A stretch of 64,000 nt of DNA from Ruditapes philippinarum (Eukaryota), in the NCBI RefSeq assembly GCF_026571515.1, contig NW_026864127.1:1-64000 (forward strand), given 5' to 3'. Below the pieces are notes generated by a model. That model made no database searches. It had not been told where the DNA came from and saw only the letters and a program-made list of their open reading frames with translations. A program made the position numbers and the translations under genes. Below, piece by piece: positions 28,573 to 39,889 of the stretch. Position 1 is the stretch's first letter; each line of letters opens with the position of its first letter.

Positions 28573-29714
28573 ATGGCAAAGCACTACCTCCATTTTTATA
28601 ATGCTTTTAGTTTAGGAGATTTTTCTGTACATTACAATTTTGAATGTTATGTCACTTAGTAACTTATGTCAATTAGTAACTTGTCATTTTTGCAGACGTG
28701 TAAGTGATCCTGTATTTTGCATTTTCAGAGTAATGAAGTAAAATCAAGCTACCATATGGAGCTTGAAGGATTTTAAAGAGAGCTGTTTCTGCATTAAATG
28801 GGGCTGGAAAAAATATTCTAGAAATTATAACAGATCGCCACATGCAGATACAGAAATGGATCAGAGAGAACATGCCATCTACAGTCCATAGTTTTGATGT
28901 GTGGCATATTGCTAAAGGTAATAAATACAGAAAAGAAAATAGGCTGCTCATATTTATATTTTTTGTAAAATTGATGAACTTCAACAAGCCTTTTTGGGTC
29001 ATCTTCTTCCCACTATTCTATCAATTGTTTCAATAAACACTTTTTCTTATTGGAACAATATGACATGCACTTTACACTTTCACTTTAGGTTCTTAGTTAT
29101 TACGAAATTTATTTTAATAAAATGGTATTGGAAGTATCTTGCTCAAGTAAATAAAAGATTGCATAAAACAGGGATTGGACTCATAGATTGATATAATCTG
29201 ACACATTTACTGCTTGGTCTTGTCGTGATACTTCGATTCTTCTTTAAGTATTTGTCATTAAAGTATGGTAAAAAAGCTGAGTTGTATTGATATCATAATC
29301 AAAGTATCATTAAACATTTGGTCATTTACAGTACATCAGTACATGTACATTTGTTTTGTTTGACTTAGGTGTGAAGAAAAAGTTATTGTCATTAGCTAAA
29401 GAGAAGGATTGTCAAGATGTAAGCAGATGGATAAAGAGTATAACCAACCATTTGTATTGGACAGCTGCTTCCTGTAATAAAGGGGATAGTGATCTTATGG
29501 AGTCTAAATGGAAATCAGTTTCCAGTCATGTTCAGAATATCCATCATGGTCATCAAGGGCCTTATAAAGAATGTCAGCATGATCTTCTTCAAGACAGAGT
29601 ATGGTTGAAGCCAGGTAAACTTGCTTGTCTCTATAACTACTATTACTTGCAATTAACCCTCTGAACTTCATTCCAACATTTTTACTGGTTTTCTCTTATA
29701 TTGCTGAGCTGTAC

Positions 29715-29960
29715 AGCAGTTCCTTCAAGCCCACTTGTGGAGAGCTGCACGTAATTGTCACAATGGCAGTGTTTGTATGTGCATGTGTCTGTCTAGTCAT
29801 CCATGTGTCCGTCAGGTTATGCTTGTCCGGGACGTAATTCTTGAATTTCAAATAACTTGGCACAAATATTCAACATTATGAGATGGCATATCGCACACAA
29901 TAACTGTTTGACAAAGTCATACCTCAATGTCAGATGTCACAGTGGGCTCTTTGGCATCTA
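29715..29960 (+). mobile_element. HINE-like remnant in transposase intron 9
   Basis: Degenerate (TGTC/TCCG) microsatellite, then CTTGTCCGGGAC and TAACTTGGCACAAAT cores shared with other HINEs in the window. Confidence 0.55.
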
Positions 29961-31717
29961 GTTTATTGACAGTGTCTAAGATCTTGATAAATAATTAAAC
30001 TCCTGAACTGTTAATGGGAGTACACTAACTGTACACATCAAAATTTAAATATAACATGCTTGTTATAATGTGTTTTTCAGGAAGTAAAGCAGCTGTGAAG
30101 ATAGAAGATATTGTATGGGGGACTCATTTATGTAAGGCCATCAGGAAGATGTCAACAGGTTTTCAGACATCAACATTGGAATCATTTCACAGTGTGATAA
30201 ACCATTTTGCACCTAAAATGACCAGCTACTCATATTATGGGCAGCTGTGTAGACAGCATTTAGCTGCTCTTCACTTCAATGAAAATATCAAACGAGAGCC
30301 AAGGAAATCAGACAATGGAAACCTCAAATTTAAAATTGTTTTCCCAAAATTTAAAACTGGGGATGACTATTCTGTGAAAATTGTGTCGACAGAGAATACT
30401 TATTTATATGTGCAAACACTTTTAGATACAACATTAGAAATGTGTGGTAAAAAAAATTCTATGGAAACACCAATACCGCCACCCCTGACATCAGGCAAGA
30501 GGAAACCCAGCAAAGCAGAAGCAGTAACAAAGTTGTCATCTCGTTATAAAAAACTAAAATTTTAGAAAAAACTTGTGAACATTATGAGCAAACAAAGTTT
30601 GCACAGTCTTAAGACATTTTTTTACAGTGTTTATAAGAAACTATTTTCTGCTTTAAACTGCCGATAACTTTATTATTTGTATGTTTGTGTTCAAATGTAA
30701 ACAATGAAGTCAAATTGCAGGATACAAAATTACATTATATATTTTACACTCAAAAAAAGTTAAACAAGTCGTTTTTATGAAAGTTGGGCTTCAAGCATCC
30801 ATATACATGTATTGTATTTTAATTTTAAAGAATTTACAACTACAGATGTTATCCGTTTCAAACTTTGATTGCTTGTTCACTTCCATGTGTATGCATTTTA
30901 GCTCAAGGATTAGAAGAAAAATGACATTTATTGTACTCGTCAAGGTGTGCAGTTGGTGTGGGCATAACACTTAACTTTTTGTACATGCAAGTTTGTATAA
31001 TAAAACCAACTGAAAGGAATGAATTGAAACTTGAAAAGGTGAAATAACATTGAACCATTTTGTATAAATAATTTTCTTTTAATTCAATAATACTAAAGAC
31101 TACTTATTAATGGTCGCACAATTGCATCTTTTCCCATTTAAATTGTTTGCTTAGGCAATGAACTCCATCAGTCATACAGAATTATCTTCCCTTTCTTAAA
31201 TATAGCCCAGATTAAAAGCAATAGGGGCTTTCATTTACTGACAGTATTATATTCCATGCTCAAGCTAAAAGAAATTCTGCTAAATGAACAGTATTTTTAT
31301 TGTGCAAAAATGGCCCAAACATGACAGACATAGATTTTCACATATTCTCAGCATATATCAATTCTTTGTATGATCATTTGCATATTTTATTCAGTTGTGT
31401 GACAGAATTTCAATTTTTTGGTTATGGCGTTTAGATTTTACTGGATATTATTGCTTGATTTGTATATAGAGATTTATTGTTTTTGCTGAATGTTTTTTAA
31501 TGTTCATTGATATAGAATGCTGTTGAGAAAATGAATTTGTTCATAGTTATTTAAAAGCATTAGTTGCAGGATAAAGATTAAAATTGTTGCAAATTTAATT
31601 GTTGTTCTGCTTATTTAACCATGGGTCAGTAGCTGTATAGGTGTGATACTTTTCAGATTTTGTACAAATTAGGTTCATAGCGACACATTAACAAAGAGAC
31701 CACAGCTATTAATAGAT

Positions 31718-32050
31718 GTTTGGTCGGGTTGCACAGGTGCAAACCCCGGTTATAGTATGGTGAATGTAGGGCAAGCAGACGGGGGGAAAACTGTTTGTAA
31801 CAGTTTTTTCAGCAACTACTTATCACAGTCTCTTGATATTTGGCATACATCATAAACATGTGGTCCCATACCGTGGATTTTGATTTTAGGTCTGTAGCTC
31901 AACCACATCCTGTTTACTTAGTTAAATTTTCGACATTAATGGTCAATGGTAAATTTTTTTCGTAACATCACAGCATCATGATATTTGGTATACAAATGCA
32001 TCCCAGCCTTTTCTGTCTTTGACAGTCCCACTATGGACATTGGATTCAAA
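31718..32050 (+). mobile_element. HINE-like remnant between the two Kolobok genes
   Basis: 5' hairpin CGGGTTGCACAGGTGCAAACCCCG, plus repeated TGATATTTGG(C/T)ATACA cores. Confidence 0.45.
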
Positions 32051-32164
32051 TAATATACTAGTTAGCCAGATGCTTCAACTCGAGATTGGAAATAACCGGT
32101 AGACAAGAGAAAAGAAAAAATCATTTACATTTACAACTTTTAATAATTCTTTTTATAATTTATT

Positions 32165-33652
32165 TCATGCATCAGAAAACCCTTTGTAAACGTCTGATGG
32201 GAAAGTACTTCTTATCAAGTTTACAGCACATGAGGGAAGCACAACTCGAACTTCTTTGCCAAGGTATCCCCAACACCACCTGGCTAACTGCCTGTAGGCA
32301 ACATATCTCTGTCGTCTGAAAAAAAGCAAGAAATTACTTAGTTGTCAGAGCAATATCTGGGAAGTCATTACAATATTTTAATAAATTATAGCTTTACATG
32401 AATATTATTACAAATTGAACTTTTGAATCTAGTGTGTAGCCATTTTAAGTATGAAGCTAAATATTGTATGTATATCTATGCCTTAAGTAACTGATAAAAA
32501 TCTCAAGAATTTCATTTCCCCTGTTGGCCTGTATTAATTATGTAAAGTATAAAATAATTTTACAAAATTTCACAGGCACAATTCCATATTCAGCCACGTC
32601 ACCTCTAAGAAAATGCCTTCATGACTTATGTAGTGCACAAACACAGAACATATCAGTTGAATAGTTTAAACTATTGACAAAAAATTAATTTTATATTTAT
32701 TACACTTACTCATTGTTTGTATGCTCAACCTCGCCATATTGTTGTCTGTACTGGTAGTAGGCAGTCTCCAAGACATACCTGTCGAGACAAACAGACTGGA
32801 AACCAGGATGCCGGGTTATACAGGAAAGTTCTGTTGCCGTTTCTTCCTTATACTGCTCTATCTTTAGTTTCACACTGTCAATCTCATTACAACAGATAGA
32901 TTCTCTGTCTGTATCCATTGCTCTACAGTTCTCACATTCACACCTGAAATGATAGTACAAGAAAAGAAAAAATCAGCTTAGTAAACTAGACTTTATTCTG
33001 GAATAGTCTCGGGGTCTAAAGCAACAGTATATAAGGTTAATCTCATTTTATTGGTTTAATACATATAAAGTGATCACTCAGCAAATATTTACAGAGGGGA
33101 CTCCTTGATGCCTTTTAAAAATGACATGTTTTTTATTTCCGTAAGAACAGTCAACAAATATTTAATTTCGATTTTGTTAGTTTTAAATTTACTTCTTATG
33201 AATGTTATTTACGATAGGTATGGTCTTATGTTGTTTAATTTTATTTAGTGCCGATTCATTGCCGAAATTGATTTTAGTGGGTGGGGTATGTTACTTGTTA
33301 CAATCTAGTAATCCTCCTATATTAAATATATATACAATTGAATTTATTAATTAAATAACTTTACAATATTCTTTCCATTGGGTGTATAGAAACTCGAATT
33401 TGCACCACTGAAGTTGAACAAAACAATGAAAAAGAAATGCTTTACAATTTCATACCAGTTTGTGTTGCCCGATCGTTCCGGCTCTTCGTTTTCGATCACA
33501 TCGGCTTGATTATTTGAATTTCCTTCATCAAGCCGCACAATTGGCTCAAACTGGTAAGGTAAAGTCTGAATCTCTTCATCTTCACTCTCAGAAAAAGCAT
33601 TATCTGACGAATATTCGCTCTCGCTGTCATGTATTTCTCTGTAGTCGGCCAT
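32165..33652 (-). CDS. KolX-type accessory protein, homologous to the P2X7 cytoplasmic ballast (Zn/GDP-binding) domain; 193 aa, intact
   Basis: 3 exons: 33652-33456, 32943-32710, 32315-32165 (582 nt, all GT-AG, in phase). Acidic N-terminus, PYQFEP, WCECENCRAM, ESICCNE, SCITRHPGFQSVCL, RYVAYRQLARWCWGYLGKEVRVVLPSCAVNLIRSTFPSDVYKGF. AATAAA follows the stop immediately. Confidence 0.92.
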
Positions 33653-33667
33653 TGTATGTACTTGGAA

Positions 33668-33683
33668 TGACGTCACACCCGAG
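33668..33683 (-). promoter_or_regulatory. CRE/ATF-type motif upstream of the KolX gene, mirroring the left-end motif
   Basis: The minus strand reads CTCGGGTGTGACGTCA, 15 bp upstream of ATG 33652. The left end reads CTCGGTGTGACGTCA. Confidence 0.55.
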
Positions 33684-34746
33684 CAACTGGGGAAAAATGC
33701 CGATCGGCACTTTCCGGAAATATTTCCGTCCCTTTCCGTACAGGTGTGTTTAAAGGGGAACTTTATGGGTTTATAAACAGGTAACCATTCGGTATTTTTC
33801 GTCGGTAACGAGTGCGTTCGATTTATTGTACTTATATCTTGCTATATTCAAAATGTAAAAGCGTCAATCAATGGGACCTTTAAATAAATAAATATTATTA
33901 TACATTGTAGAAATACTCAAAATTTTTTTTAAACAGTATGACAGTCAATTTAATTAATTAATTCTAAATAAATAAATTCATTCATTCATTCATTCAATTA
34001 ATTATAAATATATAAATAAATAGAAAAATAAATAATTAAATAAAGAAATCAATGAATAAATTAATAGATTGATAAATTGATGAATTAATAAATAAATATT
34101 TTTTTAATAAATTGATGAAATAAATTAATTAATTGTATGACAGTCAACTGTACATTAAATTCGGGCGGTGTGTGGTCAGTGCAGTTCTAATTAGCAATGA
34201 GATCAATTATCTTTTATTACCCTTCATGATGGGGCTTTTTCTTAACAGCATAATTACAAGAGACACACACACACACACACAAAAAAAGAAAAAAAAACAC
34301 GGTTTAAAAGAATAATAAAAATAAAAAAAAGAAGAAAAAATGGATGTTGATCATTTGAAAATGAATAGTTCATATATAATAATGTAAGTTAACAAATTAT
34401 ATATACATGTACGCCGTAAATTGCATAGTTTGTAACAGAAATTAGAGCGTTTAGGATGTTTTTCGTCTGCTTCATTGATCTCTTTCTTTCTTTGTTTACA
34501 ATCCAGTTGAATAATTGAATGGCTATTTGTGCTAAAAACGGCGTATTTGAAAATCGTGTAGGCCTGTTCATTTAGAGCACTTAAATAACAAAAGCATTTT
34601 TGTTTACATAAATATTAATTGTACAACACGCCAAATGAAACCAAACAGCATATATTTTGATGTATTAGCGAGGAAAAGAAATACACATAAGTATAATGGA
34701 CATGAAGGTTAACAAAGTAATATCCCACGTCATCAATTAGAATGGC

Positions 34747-34964
34747 NNNNNNNNNNNNNNNNNNNNNNNNNNNNNNNNNNNNNNNNNNNNNNNNNNNNNN
34801 NNNNNNNNNNNNNNNNNNNNNNNNNNNNNNNNNNNNNNNNNNNNNNNNNNNNNNNNNNNNNNNNNNNNNNNNNNNNNNNNNNNNNNNNNNNNNNNNNNNN
34901 NNNNNNNNNNNNNNNNNNNNNNNNNNNNNNNNNNNNNNNNNNNNNNNNNNNNNNNNNNNNNNNN
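34747..34964. other. Assembly gap (218 N)
   Basis: Run of N within the tandem array. Confidence 1.
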
Positions 34965-36041
34965 ATAGAATGATAAATAATTGAATTAATATATTGATAA
35001 ATCAATAAATTGATAATCTAATAAATTAATTAACTTATAAATTAATTAAATAGATAAATTTATAAATCAATTAATATATAAATAAACCAATAAGTTAATA
35101 AATTGATTAAATAAATAAAGTAATTAATTAATTTATAAATTAAAGATTTAATTCATTCATTAAAGTAACCAATGTCCAATTAGTCTGATATTGATTTAGA
35201 ATAGATCTGAAATATTATGATTTCGATTGGATGATTACCGTAAGTTTCATAAACAGTATGACAGTCACCTGTACATTAAATTTGGGCGGGGTGTGGTCAT
35301 TGCAGTTCTAACTACCAATGAAAACAAAGGAATTATCTTTCGGATAATAACTTGATTGGATAGCAACATAAATGACTGTCAGGTCTGATTGCCCCCCTAA
35401 AAGAATGTTGACACCACTTGAACGTGTGAAAAACATTACCATCGAAGGTCATAAATTACGTATCATATTACACATCCTTTGATTCCCAGAGATCAATTAA
35501 GTTTTATTACCCTTCATGATGGGGCTTTTTTATAATAGCATAGACACACACACAAAACACACAGAAAAAACACGGTTTAAAAGAATGATAAAAAATAAAG
35601 AAAGAAGAAAATGAGGATGTTGATCATTTGAAAATGAATAGTTCATATATAATAATGTAAATTTACAAATTATATATACATGTACGCCGTAAATTGCATA
35701 GTTTGTAACAGAAATTAGAGCGTTTAGGATGTTTTTTGTCCGTTGCATTGATCTCTTTCTTTCTTTGTTTACAATCCAGTTGAATAGTTGAATGGCTATT
35801 TGTGTTAAAAACGGCGTATTTGAAAATCGTGTAGGCACGTTCATTTAGAGCACTTAAATATCAAAAACATTTTTGTTTGGATATGTATAACTTGTACAAC
35901 ACGCCAAATGAAACAAAACAGCATATATTTTGATGTATTAGCGAGGAAAAGAAATACAGATAAGTATAACTGACATGAAGGTTAACAAAATTAGGTAGGG
36001 ATTTTCCTACGTCATCAATTAAATGGCGGCAGATATTGCCG

Positions 36042-36042
<1 letters not shown>

Positions 36043-36128
<86 letters not shown>

Positions 36129-36200
36129 TCAATAAGTTAATTAATTAATTCTATATGAATGAATGAATGAAAGAACGAACGCAAACGAACGAACGAACGA
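36043..36200. repeat. (ATTT)n microsatellite followed by (GAAT)n/(GAAC)n
   Basis: Directly visible. Confidence 0.95.
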
Positions 36201-39200
36201 ATGAATAAGTAAATAATAAAATATAAAAAAAATCAAAAAATCAAAAAAATCATTCATTTAATTATAAATATATAAAAAGACAGATAATAAATAATTAAAT
36301 GAATAAATTAATAACTCAATAAATTAATAAACTAATAAATAATTAAACTTATAATTTAATTAAATGAATAAATTAATAAATTAATTAAGAATTTAGTCAA
36401 TTAATAAACTAATAAACTAATAAATAATAAATTGATTAGATAAATAAATTAATTAATAAATTTATAAATTCATAAATTAATTCATTCGTTAATGTAACAA
36501 ATGTCCAATTAGTCTGATATTGAATTAGAATGGATCTGAAATATTATGATTTCGATTGGATGATTACCTTAAGTTTCAATACCGGTATAACAGTCACCTG
36601 TACATTAAATTTGGGCGGGGTGTGGTCAGTGCAGTTCTAATTACCAATGAAAACAAAGGAATTATCTTTCGGATAATAACTTGATTGGATAGCAACATAA
36701 ATGACTGGCAGGTCCGATTGCCCCCTAAAAGAATGTTGACACCACTTGAACGTGTGAAAAACATAACCATCGAAGGTCATAAATTACGTATTACATCCTT
36801 TTGTTCACAGAGATCAATTAAGTTTTATTTCCCTTCATGATGGGGCTTTTTCATAACAGCATTATTATATAAAAGACACACACACACACAGAAAAAAAGA
36901 AGAGAAAAAAACACGGTTTAAAAGAATGATAAAAAATAAAGAAATTGAGGATGTTGAACTTTTGAAAATAAATAGTTCATATATAATAATGTAAGTTATA
37001 ATAATTTATACATGTACGCCGTAAATTACATAGTTTGTAACAGAAATTAGAGCGTTTAGGATGTTTTCTCGTCTGTTTCATTGATCTCTTTCTTTCTTTG
37101 TAATAATTGAATGGCTATTTGTGTGATAATCGTGTAGGCACGTTCATTTAGAGCACTTAAATAGCAAATCATTTTTTACATAAATTTAACTTGTACAACA
37201 CGCCAAAAGAAACAAAACAGCATATATTTTAATGTATTAGCGAGGAAAAGAAATACACATAAGTAAACTGACATGAAGGTTAACAAAATAAGGTAGTGAT
37301 TTTCCTATGTCATCAATTAATATGGCGGCAGAAACTACCGATTACTTATTCATGTATTATTTATTTTTTATATATTATCTCATTCATTCATTCATTCATT
37401 CATTCATTCATTCATTCATAGATTGATAGATAAATGAATAAATTAATTGATTAATCAATTAATTATTTAATTATTTTTGTTACCAATGTCCAATTAGTCT
37501 GATATTGAATTAGAATAGAACTTAAATATTATGATTTCGATTGAATGATTACCTTAATGACAGTCACCTGTACATTAAATTGTGGCGGGGTGTGGTCAGT
37601 GCAGTTCTAATTACCAATGTAAACAAAGGAATTATCTTTTGGATAATAACTTGATTGGATTGCAACATAAATGACTGGCAGGTCAAAATGTTTAACGAGG
37701 CATTTATACAAATTTAGATCAGACTACAATTACTAAACAATATCAAAATATCTATTATATATTATTTAATTATATGCATATTTTGCCTTAGAAACATTTT
37801 TTTATTAAATTTTTAAGAAAGTGCAATCTTGAATTTTACAACATTTAAATATTTAATTACTTAAAAGAGAAAAATACAATGTGTTTTTTACAAGATACAC
37901 ATTTTACTAATGAAGAAGTTATTTTTCCGTTCGCAGTGGGGATATGAATGCTATTTCAGTAATTATAATACTTTTTAGTCAATCTAGAGGAGTAGCAATA
38001 TTTATTAATAACAATTTTGACTTTAAATTTAAAAGTCTTGAAACAGATCAAAATGGTAATTGACTTTTTATACATGCATGCATTTCAAATATTGATATCC
38101 CTTTAATTTGTATATACGGACTAAATAGAGATGACCCTATCTTCTGTAACAATATAAAAGAGAAAATCTTACAGTTAGAGAACCCATGTATAATGGTAGG
38201 AGACTTTGATATGGTGTTAAATCCTAATATGGACTGCTTTAATTATTTAACCATAAATAACCCTAAGTTTTAGATATGATAATTGAATGTAATTTAATGG
38301 ACTGCTGGAGGGAACAATTTTTAGACAAAAGGCAATATACTTGGTTTAAAAGAAATCCTATAAAAAAGCTAGGCTTGACTTTTTCTTAATCTCCAATAAT
38401 CTTTTTACAAATATGAGTAGTGTTGACACTGTGCCAGGTTATAGAACAGATCATTCCATGATTTTATTAAGTATTCAATTTGGCAAATTTAAAAAAGGTA
38501 TTTCATACTGGAAATTTAATAATTCCTTTTTGAAAGATTAACTTAATGAAATTAAATCCCTTATATCCCAGGTCAAATTACAATATGCTTTTGAAGACCA
38601 ATGAACAGAGGTACAATTAGAAAATATAAGTAATAATTTTATAAGTTCTATAATAGATGATAAACTATTTTTTTAAAACACTGTTAATGGAAATTAGGTG
38701 AAAAACTATTTCATACTCGTATTATAAAAAAAAACAAGAAGACAAAACTCAGGAAAAATTAATGATAGAAATTGGTAATTTAGAAAGACAGTCAAATATT
38801 AATGTTCAGGTTTTAGATGAAAAAAAGAAGAATTACTTCAATTCCGAATTAAAAAATTGCAAGGTGTTTTTATAAGATCTAGGGCCAAATGGATTTCAGA
38901 AGGGGAAAAACCATCAAGATATTTTTGTAACAAGGAAAACAGAAATAATGTCTCAAAAACAATGAATTCTTTATATGATATACATGTATCGGATACTTTG
39001 CTTACAGATAAAAAAGAAATTCTACAAGAAGTAGCTGGTCATTACAAAAATTTGTTTACTTTTAGGGAAACAGATGATGTCAACCTTACTGCTTTATTTA
39101 ATAATAATAACATACCAAAACTGAATGATGAAGAAAGCAAAGGACTTGATGGTCTTTTAACTTATAATGAAATGTTAGCCAGTTTAAAAAAAGTCAAATG

Positions 39201-39438
39201 ATTCTTCCCCAGGTAGTAGTGGTTTTACAGCGGCTTTCTTAAAAACATTTTGGAATGATTTAGGTCATTTTGTAGTTAGATCAGTTAACCAAGCTTTTGT
39301 TTAAAGAGAATTATCAAATACCTTTAAACAAGGGGTTATAACACGCATCCCTAAAGAAAACAAAGATGAACATTATATTAAAAATTGGAGAACTATTTCT
39401 TTATTAAATTGTTCTTACAAAATTACACCAGCAAGTAT

Positions 39439-39889
39439 TGTCGCTAACATAGCGATTATGTAATGAATACTTGGTATTTAAATGCTGTTCTTTGAATATG
39501 CTCCTTTAAACGTTATTGTATGTTGATACTCCGTTTATTGCTCCTTTGGTTTTCGCGCCAAAGTCTTATTATATTACATTGCTCCTTTTAACTTTCCCGC
39601 CATTGAATTCCCGCCACAAACATATTCACGTGCTTTTCATGATAGCTTTGTATAAATTGAGATCGCATGGTCACAGAAGTTTTAGTGTGTGTTAAAAAGT
39701 ATTGTAAGAAGGAAAGTGATTGAGATATGAAAAGGATTTTGATGTAAAATACATTTAGTTGTAAAAAGTTGTGAGAGAGACAAAAACTTGTGGATTGTAA
39801 AAGAAAAAAAAAGGAAAAAAGTGTTTAAAATTGGATATTAAAAGTGGAAACTATCAAGTGTTTCTGTTATTTTCATTGTGTTTACGACA
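39439..39889 (+). repeat. 5' LTR (451 bp)
   Basis: Direct repeat of 46049-46496. Confidence 0.97.

Larger units (their letters stand above)
21509..30565 (+). pseudogene. Kolobok transposase (N-terminal THAP C2CH finger + DDE domain), about 838 aa, with a single frameshift
   Basis: 10 GT-AG exons: 21509-21892, 22799-22906, 23717-23815, 25126-25215, 25491-25614, 26228-26498, 27494-28016, 28729-28917, 29369-29614, 30081-30565. THAP motif CVVGGC...FP...W...CSEHF...AVPTLF. Core motifs GDGRADSPGH, TDRH, FDVWH, NHLYW, TSTLESFHS, LAALHFNEN. Exon sum is 2519 nt (3n+2), owing to GGA TTTTAAAG AGA at about 28771-28778. Confidence 0.88.
21194..33879 (+). mobile_element. Full-length Kolobok-superfamily DNA transposon (12,686 bp)
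   Basis: TTAA at 21190-21193 and 33880-33883 (TSD). Left end AGGGCCCATTGGTTG versus reverse complement of the right end AGGTCCCATTGATTG (13/15), with purine-purine termini. Encloses a THAP-DDE transposase and a convergent second gene, the Kolobok organisation. Confidence 0.92.
33931..37684 (+). repeat. Tandem array of about 1.0-1.3-kb units (3 largely complete + 1 truncated), each an AT-rich microsatellite block plus a conserved ~850-bp core
   Basis: Anchor TGTCCAATTAGTCT at 35173, 36502 and 37487. The core GACAGTCACCTGTACATTAAAT...ACGCCGTAAATT...ATGGCGGC is repeated. Near-identical short ORFs at 34389-34571 and 35530-35844. Confidence 0.9.

Noticed and set aside
32706-32960. P2X7 purinoceptor gene
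   Set aside because: Only the ballast-like domain is present. There are no TM or ectodomain exons, and it lies within transposon TIRs.
21194-33879. piggyBac assignment (TTAA TSD), or a Kolobok subtype with long terminal direct repeats
   Set aside because: The termini are AGG rather than CCY, the transposase has THAP and Kolobok-type motifs, and no long direct repeats were seen at the ends.
34733-35005. ORFs made largely of X residues
   Set aside because: Artefacts of the N gap.
34389-35844. Two similar minus-strand ORFs (PTRFSNTPFL...)
   Set aside because: The similarity simply reflects the tandem repeat. The third unit has deletions that break the frame, and there is no recognisable domain.
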